From positions 558,001-622,000 of the forward strand of contig OX597830.1 in assembly GCA_951406725.2 (NCBI GenBank): a stretch of 64,000 bases of DNA. Direction: 5' to 3'. Below the pieces are notes generated by a model. That model saw nothing but the letters and a program-made list of their open reading frames with translations, did not search any database and was not told the DNA's origin. Origin of the DNA: Octopus vulgaris (taxonomy: Eukaryota). Position numbers and translations under genes: made by a program. Shown here in pieces: positions 38,776 to 52,846 of the stretch (positions are counted from its first letter, which is position 1; every line of letters begins with the position of its first letter).

Positions 38776-39624
38776 CAGTAGCGTGTGCAGTGAGAACTGG
38801 CTGTGACTTTCATGAGGCAAGTGTGCCGAGTTCCATTGCTATGTTTACTTCGCAAGTTGTGAAATTTGTATTTTCTTTATCACGTGTATGCTGTGGTCTG
38901 CGATTTTGTCCGGGACAAGAAGCTGGAACAAAAGGCCATGCTTTGGTAATTTTACGGCAATGAAACAATGGGTCGTACGGAATGTTCCGAGTGGCACAGG
39001 CGCTTCAAAAGAGGAAGAACGTCCCTGGAAGATGATGCACAATCTGGAAGATCTGTCAGGAGCGTTACCTCGGAAATGCGGGGAAAATTCCTAAGCTGGT
39101 GCATGAGGATCATCGGAGGACACCTGTGGCGTTGGGCATCGAGAATTCGGTCCTTCAGGGCTAGGCCGACAATCCAGAGTTCTACTGTGATGTTTTGAAG
39201 CGTTTGAGACGAGAAATTCGGCGAAAGCGACCAGATCTCGGGAGACCGAAGGATTGAATTTTTATGACGACAATGCACCCTGTCACCGTGTGTTTCTCGC
39301 CCAAAAAACAACTTTATCTCTCTTCCGCGATCGCCCTATTCACCGGATTAAGCATCAGCGGACTTCCGTGTCTTCACCATAATGAAAATGCAGCTCAAAG
39401 GTGGCTGTTTTCACACCGTTCTCGAGATCAAGAGCGAATCGCTGATGGTCCTCGACTCGCTTATGAAAAATGACTGTCAGGCCGGATTCCGAAAGTGGCA
39501 GGAACGCTGAAGCAGGTGTAATACTGTGGACCGTGACTAATTCGAAGGAGGTAATGTTAAAAATATGTTATTTTTTTTTTTATTAAAGATAACTAGTCCG
39601 GAAACTATTTGATACCACCTCGTA
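38775..39624 (+). mobile_element. Internally deleted mariner relic with right TIR
   Basis: MGRTECSEWHRRFKRGRTSLEDDAQSGR; YCDVLKRLRREIRRKRPDL; DNAPCH; SPYSPD*ASADF; LKGGCF; ends CCGGAAACTATTTGATACCACCTCG-TA. Confidence 0.88.
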
Positions 39625-39744
39625 TATAATCTTATTTGATTATAAATTGAAATTATTAGGTAGAAAAATTAGCAACCCATTTATATTTACCGTTTTAATA
39701 ATTTGAAGAATATTTCACTCTTGGAATTGGTAATATGGTGCGCC

Positions 39745-39930
39745 AGGGGAAGGCGGTGAGTTGGCAGATACACAAGCTCTTCCAACAAAATGGTTCGCGG
39801 CATTTCGTTCGTCTTTTCGTTCTGAGTTCAAATCCCGCCGAGGTCGACTTTGCCTTTCAGCTTCCCGTCGTCGATAAAGTTGATTACTGCGGACGACAGA
39901 CGAAATTCCTAGCTTTGTGACAAAATTTGA
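39745..39930 (+). mobile_element. SINE family A, degenerate
   Basis: GGCGGTGAGTTGGCAGA...GAGTTCAAATCCCGCCGAGGTCGACTTTGCCTTTCA. Confidence 0.75.
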
Positions 39931-42345
39931 AACCAGTGCTGTTTACCAGGGCTAAAAGTTTCTGTCTTTGTTTTATACCAGACTTGGTGAAGCACAGCGT
40001 TGTTAACTTCCAACAGTTTAATCACAGTTCAAACTGTGACCAGCGCTTCTTTTATTTTTTTCGGGTGTAGTCCATGTAAAATTACATTTTCAAATTCCGC
40101 TTTGACTGTTTCAAATATGTTTGATGTGATCAAATAGAGACTCAATCGTCTATCTCTAGCAGGTCGAGCGACCACGACCAGGCTCTCTTTTTGTCTTGAT
40201 AACCTACAAAGTAATCAATAATGTATGTTTCTTCTTTTTCAATAAATTTACTGGGTTGAGGTTACATCGATAAATTTCCTAAGTAATTACTCTTGTCTTA
40301 GTAAATGCTGACAAGACGTATTAATGTCACTGAAATAACTACGCAATAACTACGACGTAAATGGTGAAAAGATGTTGTAAGTCGTTCTCCTGTGACAACC
40401 ACCTCATGACTTGCTGACGTCATCGACATAATTATGGAGTAACCATCCCATGAAAGTTGACAAGTTACCGAGGTCGATGTCTCATCAGGAAATGTGAAAA
40501 ACTTCCAAAATAAGTATGAAGATATTATAATGTAAATGGTGTTTAACATAAACTTAAACATTCGGAAAGTTGTGTGTGTCCAGTCGGTGAAAGCCATGAG
40601 GATGGGTGAAAGAAGGATGTATCAATTTGCTCGTGCTTTCTTATAGAAATTGGTAGCGTAAAGAGCTTTTTTGATACAAGCATCTGTCGCAAAAATAGAA
40701 GCATAAGTGTGAAAAGAAAAGAAAAGGAACAGGGGCTAAGAAATAAATGCTGGATACAAATAACCTGCGATAGGGTTACACCACAAACAGGAATCATATT
40801 GCACCTATATTGTCTTTTGTAATCAAAGCTATGACTGTGAGTCGTAAGTTAAAAATGATAAATGGAGGGAAGCGGTAGACTCAATCCACCGTCAGGTTTG
40901 ACTGTACTTTACGAATTCGTTTGTTGCACACGTTCAGGTTTTTGTCCCAAGTCTAAAAGTAAATTCCTCCATTCGTCAGAGATGTCTTTCAGAAATAACA
41001 AAGATGATGCCACAAGTACTGCCCTATCTTCTAAGCCATCAAAAATGTCAGTCCTAATAATGAAAGACATTAGAGCATAATTAAACCATATTTTCCAATA
41101 TCTACGATTAGATGCTCCGTACAAAACAAAATGTTCGGAATGTGTCTAAGGGTTAACGTTTGAAACAAACAAATATATTAAGGTGCAAAGGCAGATCTAG
41201 CAGGTGACACAAATAAAACTATTTCAGTATTTGTGTATTGTAAACTTTAACAAAAATGAGTTCTAATAATGCCTGGAGTGTATTCCTAAGAGCCGAGAAA
41301 GGATAACGGATCAAGAATGGGAGAAATAGATGAGCAAATAAATTTCTGGTCAGCGAATTGAAATATGTCCAAGTTAGTTGAATTTAATTGGAATAGTTGA
41401 TTGGAAATTTGAGACAATAATAGATTGAAGAAATATTTTAGAAAGAAATAGTTTAATACATTCAGGTTAGAGTCATTTATTTCCACTAGTGTTGTACAGA
41501 TGATATGATTAAATCGCATTACAATCGTTTGATCAATAACCCTAGATGTCACGGTAGTTGTGATGGCAAAAACCAATATTGATTGGAATTTTGAAATTCA
41601 TAGTTTAACATCATTACATCGTCACTGGCTCTCTTTAGCGGTGTCCACTACGCTGGAAGGGTTTCGACCATCTTTTCCAGTCTCAGGAATACTTTTCTGT
41701 TTTGACTGTTTTCGAAAAGAAATATTCAGCTGCTATGAACCATGATGAAAACTATGAGTATTGATAATTAAGTAAAATCTCCAGAGTTACCTGTAGCGTG
41801 TGTGAGAGTTGGTATCTGTAAGGAATCACCTGGATTTCTACACGAATATATAAAGAATAGAAGCAAGCACGTGTACTTTAGAATAACGAAAGCAATGTGA
41901 TGGAGAATTCTCGTCAAAGTATTCCAAGTGAAAACTTGCTGAGATTTAAACGTTATTTCGATCAGTTTGTGTTGTTTCTTTTAATCTTTCGATATTATTA
42001 ACTGACGCTGGCTACGACTATAATCCAAATCCTAATTATATCAGGGAGTTTGGGTCACCCTGTTGACACCATTGAATCCATTCTTTTTCTCGCGATTAGA
42101 AAATCAAGAAACTTCACTTTAAGAATAATCTTGATCGCTAATTCATGTTTACCTTAGTTTCTTTTGGCAATTTCAACATCTTGGAGAGTTGTAATCCACG
42201 AATTAACAACTTCGCTAAAGCGATATATGAATCACTATATTTACGTGTACAGATATGTAAGCAAACACGCAAATATACATACACACAAATATATATATAT
42301 ACACACATGTAGGAAATTTAATGGATTAATGTTTGTTCAGTGTTT

Positions 42346-42385
<40 letters not shown>

Positions 42386-42724
42386 TTCCCGTTCTTACAC
42401 AATATCACTTGTTTCGACGTCATCCGAATGTTCAAGAATAAGGCTCGTTAAAGACGTTTTGGTTTAAGCTATCTTGACTCGTGATACCGGCATATTATAG
42501 TATTAATGCCAATGGCAGATAACATTACATCAGAAGGGCGCCATAGGTCAAGCATAAACAGAAGATTCAAATACAAGTACAACTTAAATGAAGTTAGCTG
42601 TCGATTTACTTCATTTGAAATCTTAGTTGCGGGAGAATAAATTAGGTGCAGCAAAGTGATGTGTGTCCAGCTACAGCTAACAGAAGTGCCTGGAGTGCAG
42701 TGGAAATACAAAACATTAACGATA

Positions 42725-42942
42725 CTGGCAGAAACGTTAACACGCCGGGCGAAATGATTTGCGATATTTCGTCTGCCGCTACGTTCTGAGTTCAAATTCC
42801 GCCGAGGTCGATTTTGCCTTTCATCCTTTCGGGGTCGATCAAATAAGTACCAGTTACGCACTGGGGTCGATGTAATCGACTTAATCCATTTGTCTGTCCT
42901 TGTTTGTCCCTTCTGTGTTTAGCCCCTTGTGTGTAGTAAAGA

Positions 42943-42945
<3 letters not shown>
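42725..42945 (+). mobile_element. SINE family A, near full length, followed by (AAT)n
   Basis: CTGGCAGAAACGTTAAC...GAGTTCAAATTCC...CTTTCATCCTTTCGGGGTCGAT...AGCCCCTTGTGTGTAGTAAAGAAAT. Confidence 0.87.
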
Positions 42946-42992
<47 letters not shown>

Positions 42993-43254
42993 TAATAATA
43001 ATAATTATTATTATTATTATTATTAGTAGTAGTAGTAGTAGTAGTAGGTGTAGTAGTAGTGATAATGATAGTAACAACGACACCAACAACAATAATAATA
43101 GTTTCAAATTTTAACACAAGGCCAGCAATTTTAAGGGTGGGGATAAGACGATTACATCGATCCAAATGTTCAACTGGTACCCATTTCATTTACACTACGT
43201 GCCATTAATGTGAACGGAAACAACAACAACAACAATAATACTTATAATAATAAT

Positions 43255-43880
43255 GGCTACTGTGCCGTAAGTATGGATATGAGGTTGCGGTACCAACATA
43301 CACCGGAAAAAGTAATGGACGAAAATGCGAAGGCAAAAATCCTCTGGGAGTTTCACATCCAGACAGACAAGGTATTAGATCTCCGAACCGGATATAGCAA
43401 CGTTTTGGAGGGACAAACAGGCGGGCCTAATAATTGACGTGGCAGTGCTAGGGGATCATGAAAGAAAGAGAAAAGGTTGATAAATGTGGAGACCTGAGAA
43501 TTGATATTGCAGTTACGAGAAGGAGGGGGGAACATAACAGCCATGTGTTGGGAGGAATTCTTTGTGGTTTGGATAATTCGCTTTTGGAAAGGTGGGGTGT
43601 TTAGTTGAGCATCCTCAAAAAAAATCTTATTCAGGGACCTTTTGAGCGGGATAGGCTACTCGACCTGAAGAAAATTTTAACTAGGCCCCGCCACCCCACC
43701 TGCAAGGTCACGCGCTGTTTATCTTGATATGAGATCATCATGTCGTGCACATATGGTTGTGATGCATGTGCTTGGTGTACTCTTATCAGACGTGTAGTCA
43801 TGATGGGTATACTGGACTTCCTATATTTTACCCCAGTGTCACTTAGATGGTATGCACTGCTCTCTGACTACATAATAAAA
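43255..43880 (+). mobile_element. Dong/R4-type fragment (endonuclease region) joined to a 3'-UTR-like repeat ending in an AAT-rich tract
   Basis: CRKYGY..YQHTPEKVMDENAKAKILWEFHIQTDKVLD; 43550-43870 is homologous to 58445-58756. Confidence 0.75.
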
Positions 43881-43890
43881 ATAATAATTT

Positions 43891-43953
<63 letters not shown>

Positions 43954-43965
43954 GTAATAATAATA

Positions 43966-44170
43966 ACTGCTCATATCCTACATAGAATACTCTCTATGTA
44001 ATCCCAAGGTTTAAAACAAACTTTTTTTTTTTTTTTTAATTTATGTATTAGACATTCAGTAGTACAACACAAAAAAAAACCCCCCAAATATATGACACAC
44101 TAGGCATAACAACAACGTGAACTTCCAACCTGGTGTCTCTTGAGGTCTCTGGGTGAGACTTGGAGCAAAA
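43966..44170 (+). mobile_element. Extreme 3' end of another Dong/R4-type element
   Basis: TAHILHRILSM* directly after (AAT)n, then a 3' UTR ending near AATAAT repeats. Confidence 0.6.
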
Positions 44171-44431
44171 GTCAAACATAGAATAATAATAATAATGATA
44201 ATGTGCGTATCGAACCCGAGAGCTTAATGAGATACCTAGCGCAAAGTAAGGAAAACTTGTGACAATTAGGAACGAGGAACAGAGAAAAAAATGTTAAAAC
44301 AAAGGAAGAAGTGCAAAGAATATATGAAGAAGAATTGCGCCAGAAGAGAGTCAATAATCAATTTTATGTATCCAAAATAGAACTTGCTGGAAAAACTATA
44401 TTGATCTTTTAGTCATTTTATTTATTTATTT

Positions 44432-44720
44432 ATGTGCCCTTTTGAAGCCTAGCCAGGCTCATGGGCCCGGTTTCCCGGTTTCTATGGCGTATGTGTTCCC
44501 CCTAGCTGGACGGGACACCAGTCCATCGCAGCGTTACTCAAGAAACAGGAAGAAAGAGTGAAAGTTGGGGCGAAAGAGTACAACAGGGGTCGCCACCACC
44601 CCCTGCCGGAGTCTTATGGAACTTTTAGATGTTTTCGCTCAATACCCGGTCTGGGAATCGAAACCGCGATCCTCCGACCGTGAGTCCGCTGCCCTAACCA
44701 CTTGGCCATTGAGCCTCCAC
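44432..44720 (-). mobile_element. SINE family B, variant with a different 3' tail
   Basis: 44550-44720 matches 2930-3116; 44432-44549 is unrelated to 2824-2929. Confidence 0.83.
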
Positions 44721-45042
44721 AGTCTTTTTATCTTTTATCAATGAAATTTCTCAAATACTTATCCTTATACCCTTTTAAAATTTATCGTATTCTAATTCAT
44801 GGGGTTTCCTTGGCAATCTTCTGAAATTCTTTACCTACACATGTGAATGCGTTTTCAATGGTAATGCTTCTCTATGTATTTCTGTAAATGTTTACCCAAA
44901 TGTTTACCACTTCATGTTTGAAGCTCCGATGAAGCTATTGGGTGTTACTCAAATAGCGCACAACTATATGTGCATCGTAGTTTATAGTAGAAACAGTTGT
45001 AAGTTAATGAAGTTTATAACAATTATTTCTTTCTTTTCTTAT

Positions 45043-45098
<56 letters not shown>

Positions 45099-45121
45099 AC
45101 AAACACACACACATATCCCAA

Positions 45122-45691
45122 GGGCACACAAGGCGCCTACTTGCTCGAAAGATGAGTTAAAAACCTCAGGTAAACCACCAATAACACTGAAAAAGTCAAT
45201 AGAAAAACAACAATAGGTGGGCGAGCGGGTTAAAGAATTTTGACATACCACCAAAGACAGATCAATGCTAAATATTTTGGTATTTAGATACTCTGGAATA
45301 ATGATTTCTAGTTCTGCTGAGAACCCTCAACCTTCTTCAGCAAGTTTTCAATCTTTTAACTCGTCACGATGAACTCTGAAGGCATTCTGAATTGTTTTGC
45401 ATCAAAATCAGAATAGCTTCAATAAAGAGAAAAAAATATTCAGAAGTGAATATTTATAAAGATATGGTCAAAGTTGCAGATGAAGGTTGAGGCTTTTCGC
45501 CAGAACTAAAAATCATGATTCAAGTGTATCCAAATACCAAAATATCTCGCATTCAACTATCTTTGGTATGTCAAAATTATTTAACCCGTTCGCTCGCCAA
45601 TTGTTGTTTTTCTGTTGAAATTTTCAGTTATTGGTGGTTCGACTGAGGCTTTTAACTCTGCTTTCTAGCAGGTAGGTTCCTTGTCTGTCTT
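45122..45691. mobile_element. Foldback/MITE-like element with imperfect arms of about 225 bp
   Basis: 45122-45348 is the diverged reverse complement of about 45470-45691 (e.g. CCACCAATAAC/GTTATTGGTGG, CCTCAACCTTC/GAAGGTTGAGG); central hairpin ATTCTGA...TCAGAAT. Confidence 0.85.
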
Positions 45692-48600
45692 TATGACGAA
45701 TATAAATTTTAATTCTGTAGCTATTTGATGCTATTTAAGGCCTGAAAATACCTATATTAGTGGTGTTATTGCCAACTATTTATATTTACCGAAGATAAAA
45801 ATAACAATAATTAATATCTATATAAATATTCACTTCTGAAAACTTACTCCTTACACACACACATACACACACAAATACCCAAATACACACACATACACAC
45901 ACACTCTTATATTTGTCCAATTTATGTACATCTAAAGCTGCTGCAGCAAATGCATGTAGCTGTAATCCAACTTTTTTTGTTCCATGTAAGCCATTAATGA
46001 TTATTTCATTCCAGTTAATATAAAATTTTCTCGTGAGAAAACTTACCCCTCTATCTCCTCTTCTCAGCCTTACTCCGATTCCAGAACTGAATTGTCTTTC
46101 TTTCGGAAATCGTAGGATAATAAAAGTAGGTGGAGTTGACAATTCGATCAGTTTCATATTCGTTTGACGCAGAGCTAAATTTTCATTGAAGGAGAAGTTG
46201 TTCACAGAAACTATTTCTCCTCACATCTCTGACAGATCAGACTTACAACAACCTTTGTGCAATTGTAGTATTTGCTGGAAATAGCGACCAAATCAACATA
46301 AAATCATATCCAAAGCTGTATGAATATATATATAAACACACGGTCTCAGATCAAATTAGTTGATAGGTAAATGTATCACCGAAACATGTGCCCCCCTCTC
46401 TCTGTGCATGTGTGTATATTCGTCTGTGTGTGTATGCGTGTGTGTCAGCGTGTGTGTGCATATGCGTACAGCTCTATGACGTCAGTTCAGTCATACACTA
46501 CTGACTGAGGTCTTCCTCAGCAAAACACTTCGTCAATAACTGTGGATGCGTTCAAATCTTGTGGAAGCTTCTAAGCACGGCTGTAGAACAGAAAGTATTT
46601 ATAGATGCTCAATCCTATACCGTCAATGTTTCGTTACATCAACACACAATACCAGCGCTTTTCCCAGAGTTATTAAATAATTACAATTTGGAACATATAC
46701 AGGGATGAGACTTAGAACCGTTAATCGAATTTTTGTGCGATTATATTTAAACAGAGCTTCGACATGTATTTCATGGGGTCACTCTTTTACCATAACTAAA
46801 TTAAGATGTTCAGATATTTTACTGAGCGTTGAAAGAATGGAGCAGGTAAAGTCCAGCCAGGTAAAACCCTGGCACGCGTTCACACCTATAGGGTACTATA
46901 GAGACACTCTGTGTGCCTATCGTGTCGTACATGCGTGCGCACGCGTCTAGATTTTACCTTCTCCATTCCCTAAATTTTGATTTTTATTCGCATTCATAAC
47001 AATCCTAGTTGCTAAGCGTGAACTATAACAAAAATGTTTTCCAACTTATCGAACTTCGGTGTAGGAAACGTCCGCAACCTTTTACGCCAATAAACTATAT
47101 AATTAATGTAGACAGCAGTGTGCAATGTTCTACCAAAAACGAAAATTATAACTGTCACTAAATGCGACTTGGATGTTAGAGACACCTACATTGCTAGAAA
47201 TAAGAGCTAAATTGCTATTATGCTGTAGTCAAAGCACATAATTGTAAGCATACATTCTGACAGGGACTACAATCACATATTTTTCTTAATTACTACCTGT
47301 CTGTATCAATAACTGCGCAACGAAATCTGTCCCTCACCATTCCTCACCCAAAGACTTAAACCTACGGTCTCTAACAACATGATGTTTTAAATCCGAGTAA
47401 AATAGTTTGTTTACCGAGATAGCCGTTATCACATCGCCTGACGAAATGCTTCCGCACCGAGGGATACACTAGAATTAGTCGTATAGCTTCCCACCTGCGA
47501 CAATACCTAAAGTAGATTCATTACATACTCCTCGCATTCCATATAACACAATTTATTGTAAGTTCAAAATTCTACATCTCAACAGGTGGTTCCTGGTTCA
47601 CGACACACATACAGAATAGAAAACTAATATAAGAGACGTATTTCTCTTTCATTGTCTGAACTTTCTGAAAAGGGGCATTTTGCCTAAAATATGAGCAGTA
47701 ATTATATGCTCCTAGGGTGAAATTATGTTCTGATTATTGCTATTAATGATATTTTCATGTTCAATAAGCATTTCTATTGCCTTCTATAGCACATTGATTC
47801 TCTGTACGTACATTGACATATACACACATATACACACATGCACATATACACGCACACAAACAAACTCCGAATCACTTTAAATAGAGTTGTCATACATATT
47901 AGCAAGAAGGCAGATTTCTACAATCACACGTAGCGATTAATAAGCGTGAATGTAATGTCTGAAATACATTATCACTACTCATACGTATTTGTATATATTT
48001 ATACATACACACCAAACAATTACACACATACACACACTCAAACACTCATACATATATACATATTTATATATTTGTATGTGCATTACGTGTTTTGTAATCG
48101 TGTGTAGAAAATAAAATATCATTAAGAAAACACAAACAATATAATACGATTGGAAATATATTACAATTTTATTCAATGAATATTTTATTTCCTAGCAATT
48201 ATTTTCCGTTAATTTCTTGCAAATATCAAATATATTTCCTCCATCTTCTTTAAGATTGCTCTAGTTTGAATATTTCTGTCGAATTAATGCGCTAATTATG
48301 AATTTATATATTCCTATATCAGCACAGTTTCATTATGCATACAATACGTTCATAATAACGATTCATTTGCATCCCTTCCGTAATTTCAACTCGAGCAACA
48401 TCACCCCCCGCCGTTTCTTACTCAAAACTATGTATCTGATTGTGTAGCGTAGGAGCGGTGGTTTGTATTAGTTGGAAAATTGACAGATTTCCTTGTAGGC
48501 ATTAATTCTGTTATCTTTCGTACTTATGGAAAACAGTTGATTTGTTTCACGTGTTTGATGCCATGATTTGTGTCACATATTCTTTAAGATATTTACTAAA

Positions 48601-49411
48601 TAACGGGTAGAAATAGTCTGCTCTATTTTACAGAACGTGAAAACATGTTTGAATAGATAATCTATAGTTTGGGCAGCAAGCGATCTGGTTCGATAGTCAG
48701 TATCATAAAGATGTAAAGTAAACGATGTGTAGATCACCGTTACAGCCCGTAATAAACCGTATTGCAAGCAAATTTATCTTCGTTCTGCTTTTCACTGTCC
48801 ATGAATGACTGTAACAGCTTCTGGAATCCATTGTCTATAAATGAACATGATTTTTCAACATAACCGTAGAAAAACTAAGCAACACGTATAAACACTCACG
48901 TGTTGTTGTTTATCCCTATCTAGGTACTGAAGAAGAAAACATCTCAGCAAAGTATTCCAAGCAGAAACAATATCAGATACTTTCTGAGTACAGTTACATT
49001 CACAATGGCACATCATAAGTGTACAATTACAGTCAGTGAAGTGATTTTACTTCAATAAAGTGCCGTGTGCTAATGTAACGAATTCTGCTGGAAAATTCAT
49101 GTTGCTTGAACGAGAATAATCTTCAAAGATTCAATGTAGTTAAAAGCAAGCCATACACGCACGCACACACGCACACACACACGCACACACACACACACAC
49201 ACACACATATGTATGTGTGTGTATATATATATATATATAGATAGATAGATAATTTAAGATGATCTCTTATGGTAATATATGATAAATGCGAAAGCTAATT
49301 TCTGTATGTCAGTGTGTCACACTTCGACCTCTGTCTCACTATTCATTGACACTTCTGCTATTGCTCATGATAGGGTGCGAGTAGACATAAAGTCGGTAAG
49401 GGCGGTGGCGA

Positions 49412-49469
<58 letters not shown>

Positions 49470-49694
49470 AGAGAAAGAAAGAGAAAGAAAAAGACAAGAA
49501 GAGAATAAGAAAAAGAAATTTAGGGAGAGTTCATGATGTTTTTGTTAAAAGTAGTATTGTTGATGGTGACAGTGGGAGTAATAATAAGAGAGAGCGAGAG
49601 AAAGAAAGAGTGGGTATGTGTGAGAAAGAGGGGCTGAACGAACAGAACGGCTTTTAAGCTACTATATATAAATGTGTTTGTGTATATATGTATA

Positions 49695-49972
<278 letters not shown>

Positions 49973-50052
49973 TATGAGTGAGTCAGTGGACAAAAGAAAG
50001 AAAGAGCGCTCAGCATGTTTATTGGGCGGTATATGTATTGTTGAAATAAGTC

Positions 50053-50147
50053 TGATTCGGATTCCGTGCTACTTGAAGTTTTGAAACCCCTAATGGATCC
50101 TGTCCGTTAGTCGCTTAGAAACTTGCAGTAGCACGGAATCCGATTCA
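50053..50147. other. Long unbranched hairpin of about 95 nt (pre-miRNA-like or tiny palindromic element)
   Basis: TCGGATTCCGTGCTACT/AGTAGCACGGAATCCGA (17 bp perfect), AAGTTTT/GAAACTT, CTAATGGA/TCCGTTAG, 5-nt loop. Confidence 0.6.
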
Positions 50148-52573
50148 AATTGTTTTGAACAATATATTTATATATACCCTCACACACATCAATATATGAT
50201 AATAGACTACCCGTGACCCGTTGGGGTACCTGGAAAGTTTGAGTTTCCCAGCAACAGAGTTTTGTTTCGTGTGTGTGTTTGTTTTCCTTTTCCCGGTTAT
50301 TTCGCTTCTTTCAACGAATGTGACATGGAAATCACGCGTAAGCGGCTCCTTTCCGCGGTAAAAAACGATTTGACTGCTATTTCTTGCTATCACTTAACAG
50401 GTATTTCGAGTCCTTTACTGCAAATGGCAGCAAAATCTGTAGAGCTCAGGTACGTTAAATGAACTCGAAAAATATTTTCTAATGGTATTCCATTGAAAAT
50501 AATTTAAAAAAATCATTGAAATATTGTCTGTTTAAAGAAAGCTAAAATATAAATGCTTACCGTACAAACAACATTTTTGAAATCACATTCACTTACAAAT
50601 ATTTCTAAATGAATAAAATATTGTATATGTCAAGAGGTAAAAGTTTTTTTCTTGGTAATAATAGACTGAGAGCTTGTAGATTATGTGTGTGTATATGTCA
50701 CAGATAGCATACGTGTGTTTGTTTTGCCTCTGCCATGACATTCATTATATGTGCATTTTGAATGTGTGTACGTAAGTTAACGTCACGGAAGCCATGTTTT
50801 ATTTTCGTCAAGAAATAACAAATTGTGTTTTATCATTTTCTATAATAGAGGTCCAAATATCACGAACATTTGTACTACTGCATTAAGTAAATATCAAAGT
50901 AAATATGTAAAAGAAATTAAGATAAAATATACTATTTCTGAGATATTTCGGGTACAAATAAGCATCTTCTAGAGTTTTAGTATTATTAAGATGATTAGCG
51001 AACATGCACATGTATAAATGTCGATTTCAGTATTGGCACAGGATCGCAGAATTTATTGGCAGTAATTTTCGATGACATACACCTTTTACACCAGACTGTA
51101 AAAATATCTTCGTTGATCTCGGCGGTATTTGTAATCAGAACGCTAATTACCGTAGCTTAATAACGCAGCAATTCTGCCAAGACAGCAGCGTAGTTAACGG
51201 TCGTATGCAATATAGGAAAACTTTCAAATACTATTAAAAGACACTTTTGAATTTATGTATTCGTTTATCGACAAAAAAGGACTTTTTTGTCGTGTTGGAT
51301 CATTAAATCTCATAATTTAAATGCCATCAATAAATATCAAAACGGAAATATTAGTGTGTCGGCCACACATAGTAATTTGAACATTAAATTCTATCAATAT
51401 ATAAAAAATATATATTTTGAAATATCACACAACATATAATTATATAAAATATTGAAATTTAATATTCAATTTCAGATAAATAAAATCAAGTGTCCATAAT
51501 GAGAAAGGATTTTAAGTGGGTTCGATTTTGTTATAAAGGGAAATAGATGATAAGCAAAGTCGGATTTCGTAATTTTATTCTCGTATGGCTTCTACCCTTA
51601 CATACGACTTCTCCGTTATTTATGACTTCTCTCATATATAAAACTAGAAATAATTACATCATGGAAGAATAAGTCTAACAACTTACGCTTCTATGAAGAA
51701 TGTTGTCATCACTTTTCATTTATTTCTGTTATGGTGTATAAAATATTTTATCGCAATTCTCCAGTCAGGAAATTTTCACAATTCTGTTATATTCTATATA
51801 GAATAGAGTTGTGAACTATATCAGGCACCAGCTCACAAAAGTGCTAGAAAGAGTTCTATAATGAAAAGAACCTAAACTAAATATATCATATTTTTTGTAT
51901 CTTTTTAAAAGACAATTCCATGAAAGATTACTTAATTCTCAGCACACCTTCACAGACACAAATAACGTTTCTTGCCACAAAAACACATTTCAAAAATACA
52001 TAATCCTGAAACAAATATTTTCCCTATAAAATCTGTTCACTCAATCAGTTTTGTTCATGCTGTTACTTGTAAACTTTGTTTTCCATTCGTAGCGCCAAAT
52101 TTTTACTCGTTATTCTTCAGTGGCATCTTTTAATAGTTGAATAGTTGGGACAAATAAATCATAAGATGGTAACGCAACACCAAGTTCTATAGTGTCTCAT
52201 CGATGTTGGAGATACCCTTAAAAAGAACCATATCTGATGAATACATTAATATATTTTCAACATATTATATTTTGACTTTATCGAGTTCAGGAACTTCTGT
52301 GTGTTCTTTAAATTGCAATACAGCAACTTTTAACTTTTGTCCATGAATCTTGTGGCAAAAGAAAGTGAGATAGGAAACTATAACGGCTTAAATTTGAATG
52401 GGACATGGTATAAATGGTATGTGAGGAACGAAGACGGTGCCACGTTTACCAGAGCCAGTGAGAATATTTGTTTCAATGCAGCTCCTCATGAGTTTGTGCA
52501 CAATTAGTGTTGTCTCCCTTGAACCATTTACTTTTATTTTATGAGACAAACAAACGCTCAAACGGACAGAATG

Positions 52574-52629
<56 letters not shown>

Positions 52630-52775
52630 GAGAAGAAAAACAAAATGGAGATTGGAAAGCTAATAATTGTCTATTATTAACACCAAATTAATCATCTTCA
52701 CTTACAGCTGTTTCAATTAAAACTAAGTAAATATTAAGTAAATATATATGTATACAGAGAGAGAAACAGAGAGAA

Positions 52776-52846
<71 letters not shown>

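Noticed and set aside
50381-50455. 49-nt plus-strand exon candidate (TTAACAG|GTATTTC...CTCAG|GTACGT)
   Set aside because: Splice-like signals only; no recognisable peptide or linked exons
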